Of a DNA stretch of 64,000 nucleotides, positions 39,392-51,739 are shown piece after piece. Origin of the DNA: Adineta vaga (lineage: Eukaryota > Animalia > Rotifera); NCBI GenBank assembly GCA_021613535.1, contig CP075496.1, forward strand, positions 1,240,001 to 1,304,000, in the 5' to 3' direction. The position numbers were made by a program, and so were the translations under genes. The notes beneath the pieces were generated by a model. It ran no database searches, was not told where the DNA came from, and worked only from the letters and a program-made list of their open reading frames with translations. Each line of letters begins with the position of its first letter. The stretch's first letter is position 1.

Positions 39392-42118
39392 TTACACAAG
39401 TATTAGTCTTTCAGCATCGGAAATTCGTGATGTTGATGCTGTTGATGATGAACTTGTCGAAATATTAATATCACGAATAGGAATTGCATCTTCATCTCCT
39501 GAACTGAATATTTTCGAAGTTAAATTCGATATTTCATCTAATTCTTCACCACTTTCATTATTCAAGATTGGATGATATTTTCTTGTTCTGGATAAATCAA
39601 CATTCGTCGATTGAGTTAAAACAGGTAAACTATTATATAAATTAGTTCGTTTTCGTTGAGGATAATATAAAGATATTGATGATGAAGATGTCAATGTTGA
39701 ATCAGCATCATCGATCGTTGTTGATGAACATTGCGTAATATCAACAGTAGAATTTCGATGATCTCGAAATTTTGAAAGAATTTTTGAATCATTTAGAATT
39801 GTTGGAGTAACAAAAAGAGATTTCGGTCGGAATTTATTCGTTGAAATAGATGGTGAAATATGTGTTCGATGTGCTGTCGGTTGAGATGATGTCAAAATAG
39901 GAGACGATTTTTGAGGAGATTGAAAATATACTGAAGTTGAATTTACAGGTTTTGATGGAGTAATATGAACTTGATGTACAGGACTATAGAAAGCAATAAA
40001 AATCGAAAAAAGTTGGTTTTAGGTTATTTAAAACTGACACATAGAGAAATCTTCATTTTTATGATCAAGTATTCTCAAACTTGATTATTATCATTTAAGT
40101 AATAATTAAATTGTCAATAAATTTTGATAATATCTATTATTTTCTCATTTTCACACAAAAATTGAAATGAGCACTTAAAGTCATTTTCTTTCTTATTACC
40201 TTGAAGATAATTTCTCTTGACATTGATCATGAAGAATATTATTTAGAAATTGTTTGATTTTATCTTCAATTGATCGATTATTGACATCATGCAAAAGATA
40301 CTGAGCTGATTGTTTTAAATTTCTAAACAAAATCTTCGTGATTTCTCTTAGAAAAGTTTTTAAATCATTACTTGAATTGTTGTTCATAAACTAATAATTG
40401 TTTTTTCTGTTCTTTTACATTGAATTCTAATTGATGATTTTGATTGAATACAGTTGCAAGATCATCATAAACATAATATAATTTTTCTTTAAGAAAAAGT
40501 ATTTCTTCACGTAAAAGAAAACGATTCTCAGTTGTGATCCATTCTGTTCGTTGAGCAACTGATCGAATATTCTTTTAGAAGAAAAAGAAAATTTAAAAAA
40601 TTTCGCTTATTTGCTTTTTTACTTGTTGAGTTAATCGTTGAATAAGTTGAACATGATTTCGTTGTAAATTCTCGATTTTATCTTGTAAAAATTGACATTT
40701 CTTTTGTAATTGTTCATTGTGTAACGATAATTGTCTACATTGAATTTGATTTGTATCGAATTTCTTTTGTAAATCCATATCTATTGAACATAATCATCAA
40801 CAGAAAGAAGAAAAAAAAACAACAACTAAACTTACATCGATCATCATTTCGACGTATTAGATCATATTCATGTAAATGAATATTCGTTGTTTGTAATTGT
40901 CTTTTCAAATAAGAAACATTTAGGAGAAAATCAAAGAAATATGTTCTTACTTTCGAAGTTCGACAATTTCACTTTGTAAAGGAACTAAGGATGATTGAAA
41001 TTGAATATCGTTTTTGGCATATGATATCGTTAATGAAAGACAATGTTCAAGTTCATTCCATAGGTAAAGTATTTCTGTATCTAAAACAAAACAGATATTT
41101 CTAATTGGTAAGAAAATAAAATGTTACCATTGTTTAAATTGTTCTGACGAGATCGAATTTGTTTGGAAAGAATTCGTATACGTGATAAATATGTGAGAAA
41201 ACGATCAAGAACAAAACGTGTTTGTTCTTTTTGCATTAAATTAGATTTTAATGAAGATATATCACTACACGATGAACTTCGAGTAAATTCATCTTTAGTT
41301 GAAGTATGTGAACATGATTTAAATGAGTTTTTATTTATTGGTAACGAAGATATTAAACGTTGTCGAGTAGTTTGTAATGGAGATGGAGTACGTGTCGGAT
41401 GCTTACGAGATTTATTTGGACTTAGGCGATTTTTTAATAAGAATGGTTCCTAAACACAAAGAAAAAGAATCATCTTATCTTTGTCAAAGATTTTAATCTG
41501 ACAGATGAGAATGGCATTAATTATATCCGAACTAGAGATCTTTCTTTTTTTTTTTAATGGATTCCTTACAAGTCACGCACAACAAAGTTTAAACAAAGAA
41601 AGAATCATTTACTTTCTTTTTTTTCTTTTTTTCTTTTTTCTTCATTCTAATTTGCAATTTAACACATTTATTATTCTTTTGAAACAAACCTCCGGTGTTG
41701 AATGTGACGTTTTCTGTGGTGAATAAGATGGTCGACGTTCATGATTGTCAGTTTCATTGTTATTATCTACAAATTGGATTATGTCTTTTCATTCTTTTTT
41801 TTCCTTATTGAGCTTTTGTATTTTTAAAGTGCATAAACATACTTGTTTTAATGAAAGACGTTTTAGTAATCGTTATTTTACTACTCTGTTTTTTTAGTTG
41901 GCTATTCGTCGACGATTTTTGCTTTTCTTTTCGATTGCCTTTATGAACAATTGGTGATGGAGAATTTCGACGTGATTCTTTAAATTAACATGAATAAAAG
42001 AAAATGTATTTTACCAAAACATCTTTATCAACTTACTTTGTGCATTTAAAATACTTCGTAGAAGTTCAGCACATTTATCAAATTCTTTATTTGTTTGATA
42101 TACAAGTGTTTTTGACAT
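39392..42118 (-). CDS. Coiled-coil protein, CCDC14-like; multi-exon
   Basis: EILYLWNELEHCLSL...NDIQFQSSLVPLQSEIVELRKQL resembles the recalled CCDC14 block before its coiled coil; Ser/Thr-rich tails; start codon uncertain. Confidence 0.5.
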
Positions 42119-43455
42119 TGGAGAAAATGACTAGAGCAAATCGTTTGTACTACTAAGGTTCTATTGAATTATCACGATGTCATTCTATCTTAAAGAAGAA
42201 AAGAAGAAGAAAAAACGTAAGATTAATCTTAATGTTACCTCTTCAGACAAGCGGAAATCTTCACTTTCATTTCCTTCATTCTTTTTAAACATATGAATTT
42301 TCATTAACAATATCTGTATTTATCTCAAACTAATGTTTAGAGAGAGAGAGAGAGAGTGAATGAGAGAGAAAAAGAGGTTTGAACTCATGAAACAATCTAT
42401 TCTTAGAACATATGTCTATGTATTTCCATGACAGAAAGATAATCATTGAATAAAATACGTTTAGAAACGAGAAATTCATTAAGAAAATGTGGAAGGAAAT
42501 GAATAGGAATTGATTTGTGATTAAGCTTACCTTGATCATGATGAATATAACAGTTGTTTGATTTCTTTTTTTTTCTCTCCTGGAACTAACAATGAGTAAA
42601 ATTTCTTATTCTTATAATGCTGTTGACGAACAAATCAAGGGATCCGTATGTGTGTACGTCTCGTTAACAAACATGAAGAAATCGTTTTGTTAAAATGAAA
42701 AGAACATTTTACAAATTCCTTTTTTCCCTTCTCTTCAATTTTTATTCATGTTGTTAAATATTTGAAAAAAAAGCTATAATGATGAAATGTTTCGTGCGAA
42801 CAACATATGTATTCAGAGAGAAGAAGAAGAAGAAGAAAGAAAAAAAAAGAAGAAAAAGAGACGATAGAATATTGTTTATCTTCATTCTCGTCGTTGCATA
42901 CTTTTATACATCGGAGATAAAAAATTTGCGTTCAAAAGTAAAACGCTTCAAGCAACTATATGTATAAGTACGTCAGACATTTTGTTTCCTTTGATTAAGT
43001 ACAAAACGAATAAGTAGAACTAACAATGGTAGTCATACAAGTGCATTATGTACACTACTTGACGTCAGTTTGAATTCAAATCCAATATGTTCAAATTGAT
43101 TGTTAGCGAGAGAGTAAAACGTAGACTGAAACATAGCAACATTCGATACTATTGATTCATTACTAATTGAATTCAATCGTATGGATTACTTTAAATATCA
43201 CAAAACGATCAATTTTTGTTGTTGAAATGAAAAATATCTGATTTCTTTCTTTTTTTCTCAAATAGAGATGATATGTCTTCCTATTTAATCTAATAAGTTT
43301 CTTTCGATATCAAATATGAGAACAGAAGTATTTGCACTGAATAAATCGAAGTATTTATATCCAATCGTAAAAGTATCAGAAGAAAAAGAAAAGATTTATT
43401 ACTTAAACTTCTGTTAGTATTTCTTAAAAGTAAGGAGAAAAAGCACCGTAGATTT

Positions 43456-43969
43456 CTATTGATTTTCTGTTGTATTTTGACGGAGAGAAACCAGTTTACG
43501 GCGTTCTTCTTTTGTATACGGAGGTCGATGACCACTACCATACGAAACGGAAACAATTGTACTTTGTCCGTCCTGTAATTCGATCTAAAACAAAATGAAG
43601 AAAAAAAACAAGATGAAAATTCATTTTTTATTTGTTGATTACATACAGGAAAATCCAAATCGTAACCTTTGATAGTCGAATGTTCTATATTTGCTGGTTG
43701 AATTGGATGTTTTTCCGGAAGATTAGGATATTCATCATGTACTTTCTCTTCGATTACATCGCGATACTATAAATAGAAACAATTGAATTCGAATGACGTC
43801 GAAGAAAAAACGAAAATACCAATTCAAATTTTTGTCGATACCATGGATTTGTTGCCAATGGTGATACTGGTGTAGCTGGTAAAGTCGCTGAACGTATCAT
43901 CGGTGGATGAGATGGTTTTGTTGATATTTCATGAGAATGCTTTTCACTGTTTACTGAGATATCATTCAT
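43456..43969 (-). CDS. Small orphan protein (~130 aa, 3 exons), possible divergent cystatin/stefin fold
   Basis: In-frame splicing at canonical GT-AG sites (43819/43767 and ~43646/43586); TATA-like tatata at ~44056. Confidence 0.6.
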
Positions 43970-44195
43970 CGTTAGTTTGTATTCAAAATAAATAACGATA
44001 TTTAGGTATGAAAGAGTGTAAGAGAAAAAGAAACAAAGGTGTCATGCTTGGTGACTATATTATAGGAGAAAAAAGAACAAAAAGTTGTTTATTGTCTTAG
44101 AATGTAAATAAGATTAGAAAGATAAGAATGATGTTTAGATAGAATCAATTAGTTCGTTGCGCGTAACATAGGATCAATTATGTCATAAAAGATCA

Positions 44196-46281
44196 ATGTG
44201 TATTTTTCACATTTCTATCATCATTTTCATTGTTTTATTACATTTACATCCTTCAAAAACTGAAACACTTTATTGTAGTCTTCATTTTGTTGTTGATTAT
44301 CCCTTATGGTCATTGGTATTTTTATTCCTATTACTTCAATATTTTTCTCATTGATAATTCTGTTCTTTAGACATATATAACACGAGCAGATCGGGATTAT
44401 TTTCGAACAAATACTTTACTTAGTACATATATTTATCGAAATGTTGAAGGATTGAATGAATTGTACAATCAGTATCGTTTTCCTTATTTAACAAAAGCTA
44501 AAAATGTAACAATACAATTCTTTGTTTATGGTATCACAGGTATATTGATATTAAAATTGAAATCTTCTGTGAATATATATTCTTTTGATTTGTCAGTTGT
44601 AACACAAAATGTTTGTGATGAAAAAGATTCGAATCATAATCAAGCAGATAATCCTTTACGAGAATTTTGTTCGTCAAATATTAATAGTGATTCGATTTTG
44701 GATCTTATCGTTCGATATAGTGATTATCATAAAAAACAAAACAATAATCAAGGTGCATGTCTCTATTATGGACTAACATCAAGAAAACTTCAATTACAAA
44801 ATAGTAAAGGAACTGCATTGGGTAAGAATCTTTCTTCGATTGAGATCTGATTTGTAATGGATGAAACATAGGATGGTCATGGAGAGGACATCTTTGTAGT
44901 AGTCAACAACAATTAATTGGATGGTCACCGACAAAAACAGGATTTAATCCTCGATATTCTGGTAATGTTGGCGTTATTACTGCAAGCTTTGATGCAAGCG
45001 AGTATGTTTTAAGAAAAAGTTATTTTGCAATTGGGAATATCTGTTTGTAAATATATTTTAGTTATAGTTTGAATAAGTAAGTTGAAAAGCTCATGTATGT
45101 TTCTTAAGATGATTTCTTAGAGGTGAAATGACATTTTTTCATGAAATTGGTCATTCAATGAATGCTAATCATGATGATGATGCTGAATTTAAAAATCGAT
45201 ATAAAGAATGTAATCCATCGGATGAAGAAGGAGGAAGTTATTTAATGTATTCAACTGGTACCGAAGGACTTCTACCAAACAATCGTGCCTATTCTCATTG
45301 TTCACTTGATACAATTTCGTATGAGCAATTATTCTTTTCATATCATTTCAATAAAATTCATTTTTCATTCTAGAAAATATACACAATCTCTTGGTCAACG
45401 AAATAGAAATTGTTTAACAACAAGTAAAAAAATCAAAGGAAAATGTGATGGTATTCTTTCAGCAGATGAAGTTTGTGATGAACAAGGTACAACAAGTCAT
45501 TGTTGTACATCAGATTGTCAATTAAAACCATTTGCTGTTTGTTCACCGGTAAATTGAGAACGAAAGATTTCATCTATTTCCTTCGTGAAATTTTCAGTCA
45601 ACCGGTTCATGTTGTCAATCATCATGTCAATTTCATTCATCTGGTCATGAATGTCGTGCAGAAAGTGAATGTAAAAAATCAATTCCATGTTCTGGAACAT
45701 CGTCAGTTTGTCCAGAAAATGATAAAATCTATTTCAAAGCAGATAAGACACTCTGTCGAAATGAAACATTACTTTGTCAAAATGGTTTATGTCAATTATC
45801 AATCTGTACATTACATTCACTTATACCATGTCAATTAAAAGAACCAGAAGATCAGTTATGTATCATTGCTTGTTTGAATACAGATAATTTATGTATACCT
45901 TTTCATACAATTAATCAAAAGTCTGATGCATCGAAAGTTCTTTATTTACCATGTGAGTTATTTCGATTGAGGAATAGTTAGTTAGTTAATTGAGAAGAAT
46001 TTTGTTTAGATGGATCATTATGTAATAAAAATCAAGGATTTTGTGATCAATCTCATAAATGTTTACCGTTGATTATTGATCATAGTACGAATTTAATTAG
46101 TGCGGGATTTAGTTATCTTCTTTTAACAAATTATTCTGCGATTTTCAAACAATATTGGTGGGCATTTGGATTATTGATTCTTATTCAAATTATCTTCATT
46201 CCAATTGTTCTCTTCTACTTTCATAGTCAATGTATTCCTTCAGATAATCCTTTTCTTCAAGGAAATATTCATAAAAATTGA
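44196..46281 (+). CDS. ADAM10/17-like membrane metalloprotease-disintegrin lacking a prodomain
   Basis: Signal peptide; HEIGHSMNANHD zinc motif; YLMY Met-turn; Cys-rich disintegrin (CCTSDCQLK, CSP, CCQSSCQF, CRAESECK); TM; short tail IPSDNP resembling ADAM10 TPSSNP. Confidence 0.88.
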
Positions 46282-46538
46282 TTGAAAATCTCGTTTATTA
46301 TAACTAACAGTTTATTGTTTTTATTGAAAATAAACGTTTATTTAACATATAAAAACAGTTCGATAAATGATATAGAAGTGGAGTCATTTCCCTTAATTTT
46401 TTGTTCACGAAACCAAAAGAAACAAGAATATAGCACTATGAATGATCTATGAAAGCTTAGATAAAAGATGTTCAAAAAATAATAATATACAAAATAAAGT
46501 ATTTCTTTTTTGGAATAGAATGTTTTTTGTTTTTGTTT

Positions 46539-47155
46539 TTAGATACTCAATAAATTGTCATCATCAGAACCAAATGTTATAAAATAGATTGAAATTGTTA
46601 GGAATACAATAATATTTCCTGCCATAACAAAACCCATTGAACCAAGAAGAATCTAAATGATTTATTTGATAAAAAACAAATTCTTTTCTCTATAAATTCA
46701 ACTTACGATATTCGCTCGACATAAAATTGCTGGTAAACCAAATGCCGAAACAACAATCACACTTGTAACAAACCACATTAAATCCGAACATGAACTTGTA
46801 TCACGTGTACTATACCCATCAGATGATGTACAATGACGGGCAATTATCAATGGAATAGGACAAAGAACATAGAAAATAATCACAAATGTTGGCCACCAAT
46901 TACTAAACATAAATATTAAATCGTTATTCATATTGAAAAGTTTAAGACATACTAAGATGATAGAGCGCATCCTAGAATGAGTAATGTAAAACCAATTGAA
47001 GCCAAAAATGCCAGAAAAACAACGCTAAACAAATATTCAAAAATCGTTTTTCCTAGAATTCACAATTTTCACTTGCCCTAAGAAAAAAGAAGCAATTTCT
47101 ATCTTAGAAAAACAACAAATTGATGTTTACCTTTAATTTCGTGTAAAAAGCCCAT
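46539..47155 (-). CDS. LEPROT: Vps55/OB-RGRP (endospanin) four-TM protein
   Basis: LAFLASIGFTLLILGCAL, WWPTFVIIFYVLCPIPL, VVSAFGLPAIL, AGNIIVFLTI; 4 exons. Confidence 0.9.
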
Positions 47156-47259
47156 TACTACTTTGTTTAAAAAGAATACGATCTACAAAAAAAAACAAAC
47201 AAACAAACAACGATCGTGAATAAAACAAAACATCCAAATAAAAACGATTCAAAAATGAA

Positions 47260-48184
47260 CTAAGGACATCCTTTAATAAACGGTATTCCAACAGGTACAC
47301 GTTTTTGATATTCTCGATAAAGACTTCCATAACATCGAATTAATGTTGCTTCTTCATAAACAATTCGATCAGCAAAAAACCACCAAGTTGACTAAATAAA
47401 AAGTAAAATTATTTTAAATTTTCTTTATAAATATTCTTACAAATAAATAAAGAAGAAAACATAATGGATTAGCCAACAGAATTTGTGTTCCACATGCCCA
47501 CCAAAACCATCCAACATAAGATGGATGACGATATGATTGATAGATTCCATGAGTAATTAATCGATGTTCTCTATTGGGTCGTTCTTCAATTAAATGCGAA
47601 AAACTTTGCTGAGCTGTGTACATCGCTAATTTACGTAGATATTCTCCACGAATAACCATAGTTAAACCAAGACAAATCCATAACCAAGAATAAGGAATTC
47701 CATTAGGAAAAAGAAAATAGTTCTCAAGAAAATATTCAACATAAGCAAAGATAATCGCACCGTGATATTGTGGTGAATGATTTAATAAGAATGAAGCAGT
47801 TGTTAATGTTCTTGGACACCAAAGAGCAACGGATATATATTCACTAAGATGAAATATAGATAAGATTATTGTAAATAAACCAATTGATGGAGATGTAAAT
47901 GACCAGATACAACCAATGGTGAGGATCAAGGTCAGAAAATGAGCACGAAGAAAGACTTGTTGAGTATAAAAACGAGTAAAAACAAGAAAATGACAGAGAA
48001 ATAACAAGAATATAAGAAGAAGAGTACTATAAATCGACAGACGACTAACGAAATAAACAAATAGAAATGGAATTGACAAAAAAAATGGTACAAATGATGA
48101 TAAACATGACGAAAGTTCTTTTCGATAAGTTAATTCCATAACAATTGAATCATATGATTTGTATTTTTGTTCGATTTCATTCAT
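47260..48184 (-). CDS. ICMT: Protein-S-isoprenylcysteine O-methyltransferase (Ste14)
   Basis: FHLSEY, FLLNHS, GEYLRKLAM, FSHLI, HRLITHGIY..RHPSYVGWFWW, RIVYEE, YQKRVPVGIPFI. Confidence 0.95.
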
Positions 48185-48414
48185 TTTAATATCGAGCTTT
48201 TTTTTCTTATTTATCATAGAAGAAATAACGTTTTATTATTTACATCACGATTCATTAACTCATTTATCCAAGTACGAATAAGAATTATTTTGCAAATAAT
48301 AAGAATTCAACTTGAAATTTTATTACTAATTTGTTTTTATCACTCAATGTGATGATGAGTAAGAAACGAAAGTTGATAAGTCGAATAAATTTTTCTAAGT
48401 CACCGACAAAACAA

Positions 48415-48497
48415 GCGCCGTCTATCATATGACAAGGATAGTAAAATATCTATCGTTGACTGCTTTGATCAACCATCAAATGTATAGTTAGATGGCG
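48415..48497. promoter_or_regulatory. Inverted pair of TAGA(T/C)GGCG CTCF-like motifs upstream of ICMT
   Basis: GCGCCGTCTA at 48415-48424 and TAGATGGCG at 48489-48497; related motifs at 27909, 31793, 37824, 57053, 60354. Confidence 0.45.
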
Positions 48498-48810
48498 TCA
48501 ATAGACAATCATGTTATCATTCATTTTTCATCTTTTTTTTTGTAATAAATATTTTGAATGTTGCATGGTTCGACTTAACCGAATGGTGTATCGAAGATAT
48601 GAAAAAAAGTGATTTTGAATCTAATCGGTCATACCGTGCAGAGGAAGAAACTTGACGTTTTTTATTGCAAAATAAAAAGGAAAGAAAAAAGATTTTTTGT
48701 TTACAAAGAACATCTGAATCTATTGTAACAACTAGAAAAATTGCCCATGAGATTATCTCATCTCATTGCCAAAACAAAAGAACGAGAGAAATCGATTCTT
48801 CTTGTTTCTT

Positions 48811-51058
48811 CTATCGAAACATTCGTGCAACTGTAACGAGTCCTAAAGTAACCACACTTGCGTATAAAGAATATTTGAATAAAGCATCCGTATTATAGAA
48901 ATCATTGGTTGAATTTGTAAAATAATTTAATTTTGGATACACACATAAGTATCCTAATCGAACATAGATATCATCTTGATGACGAGATTTTTCACCTCTT
49001 GGCGAATAAGGTTCTAAACTTCGTGTAGAATTATTTTGCGAACGAAATAATAAATTTGTAAACCAAGATTGTGACATATTTTCCGTATTTGTTGTTAATT
49101 GTTGATTGTTATCCGTTGGATTTGTATAAATTGAAATAGCTGTTATGGCAGAATAATCGATTGGTAAGGGAATTTTATGTTGACGACAAAAGAATTCGAT
49201 TGGTAATGGATAATCTTGTTTTACAGATGGTTGATCAGCTTTAGTTAGAATAAATAATGAAGGTAAACGGGGATAAACATGTTGTTGAAGAAAACTTGTT
49301 GCAACATTTGAAAATGCACGTGGATGTGTTCGATCAATGAGAAAACAATTGACATTGACATTTTCAAAAAGAATTTTTTCTTCAATTTCATTTGAATGAC
49401 GTTCTTCAAGAATTAAACATTTCGTTTCATTTAAAACACGAACAAAATCAATTGCATAGGATTTTATTGGTTTATATGATGAAGTTGAACGATAATCAGA
49501 TGAAAGAAATGCTTTAGCTTTATTATTTAATTTTTCCGCTAAATCTTCTGTATGATGAACTTGATAGATTGTTGAAGAAACAAATCGTTTTAAAAATGAA
49601 CTTTTACCCGATTCGGACATTCCATAAACATGACACATATAAGTCATACGTGATGGTAAACGTGTATCATCAATAGTTGATATAGCATAAGAATAACCTA
49701 ATTGAAATAAATACGAAAATGTTAATGATGGTTGAGTATGAGCAAGAAAAAACCATTGAGCAAGAAAACCCGATAGAGTGATTAATGGTGATTTTGATGT
49801 TGATTGAGATAAACGAAGATATATGCAATGTTTTATATTAGATAATGAAGATGGCATGGGAGGAATTATATCAATAAGAGATTCAAATAATTGATTGAGT
49901 TCTTTTAATGTAAGACAAGAATCTTTATCGTTATCGAATCGATGAAATAATCGTGTTAAATAATCGATTGCTGATGGAGATAATTCACCGGTTAAATCTA
50001 AAATATAAAGTCTTGAATTTTGCAAATGATAAAGAAATTTTACCTTCAGGAGCATTCGGTACACATAATTCTAATTTTCGATTATAATTAAATCTTTCTA
50101 AAGTTGTATAGATTGTTTCATATTTGCCTTTATTTAAATATAATTCAAATAGACATTCGAAACCTTGATATGTCAATGCACTTGTTATAACACCTCGATG
50201 TTCGTGAAGAATTTTAATTCCATGAATTGTTCTTCGTTTAATTTCTTTTTTTAATTGTTCAATTGTTTGTTTTTCGTCATTGGTTTGAATTTTTCCAAAA
50301 CAATAATCTTGTAACATTGTTAATTCTTGATCATTTAATAATTGATCATTATCTTGATCAGCTATTGTAAAGATTCGTTTTAAACATTGTTTAAAACGTT
50401 TAGTTAATTTATTTTGTTCTTGTAGATAATTAATGGGATAAAGAACACATTTTTGTGCGGAATAGAATAATTCCGAGATATTTTTCATTGTTCGTGTTGA
50501 TGTTTCAATACAAGCTTCAATACGAGAATATTTTGACATTGTTAAACGGAAAAATTCTCGATTATCTTCATTCATATTGTTTCTTTCATGAGGATTTTCA
50601 TCCATTAAATCGCATTTATTTGCAACAAGCATAATAGGAATTGTTGTTGCACTTCGATCAATTAATGGAAGCCAAACAGTTAGCAAACGATCACGAGATT
50701 CTCGACTATCGAATGCATAAACAAGACAAATAACATGAGCTTGACGAATACATGAATATAGTGAACGTGATGATTGAAGAAGTGGATTGGGTGATGGACA
50801 TTCCATTGGTACAAGTAAATCATCGATTTCATCGGGTGTCATTGGTTGACGACCACAATAATCCATAATAACAGTTGGAACACGTGCTCGTGTTACCTCC
50901 GGAGGGATTGATATATCATCTGTTGTTGGACGAATTGAATCAGTTGAATGATTTGAAGATGATGGAACAACATCTTCACTGACAAGAGAATAAATTAATG
51001 AAGTTCGACCAACATTATCATCACCTAATAGAAGAATACGAATCTCCGATGTATCCAT
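48811..51058 (-). CDS. RHOT1: Mitochondrial Rho GTPase Miro; single intron 49998-50043
   Basis: N-terminal GTPase (IRILLLGD..VGRTSLI, NKCD, NISELFY.AQK.VL.P); two EF-hand regions (DQDNDQLL, DNDKDSCL); C-terminal GTPase GMSESGKS; C-terminal TM. Confidence 0.93.
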
Positions 51059-51739
51059 CTAAAAATATTTAAGAAGATTTTCTATTCAATTATGTTCCGA
51101 CAATTTTCTACTATTTTCATCATTCGTTTCTCGTAAATGATCGAGTAAAGAATTCTTTCATCTATTCAAAAACAAAAATCTACAAATAAATGAAAAAGAA
51201 AACCGTATATTCAATTGTTTATATTTTATAATCACGAATAGAAAAAGAAACGACCAATCAAGCAAAAACGAGCGATATTATTGTCCTTCATGTGTATCAA
51301 TTCTAAGGTAAACTACTATATAGATATGTAATAATACAAAAAAAGACCAAGAAGAAGAAGAAGAAGATCAAACGGAACAAAAACACAATGAACATAATCT
51401 GAATGTGCCATCTTCATTGAAGTGAGAATTCCTGAGTAAACAAGAAGAGAATTACATACATATAATATACAACAAGAAATGAATATTTCGACTTTGTCAA
51501 AGAATATACAAATATATCAAATTCACAAAATTTTCATCTCTCACATATTGTTTTGATATATACAAAATGAATCGAAACTATTTGTTTATGAAAATTGAAC
51601 GAAGACATTAAATGCGAGAGAGAAAGAAGACATATTTTACATTTGATAAAGAAATAAAACGAAAAATAGTTTTTTTTTGGGGGAGGGGGAGGGAGGAATT
51701 ATTATGAAAACAAGGATGATGTTGTATGAAGAAATCTTC

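Noticed and set aside
22997-48184. Functional clustering of the CaaX protein DNAJA with ICMT
   Set aside because: About 23 kb apart with unrelated genes between; no evidence beyond coincidence
49985-50064. Apparent frameshift splitting Miro into two ORFs
   Set aside because: A canonical 46-nt GT-AG intron (50043-49998) restores the frame
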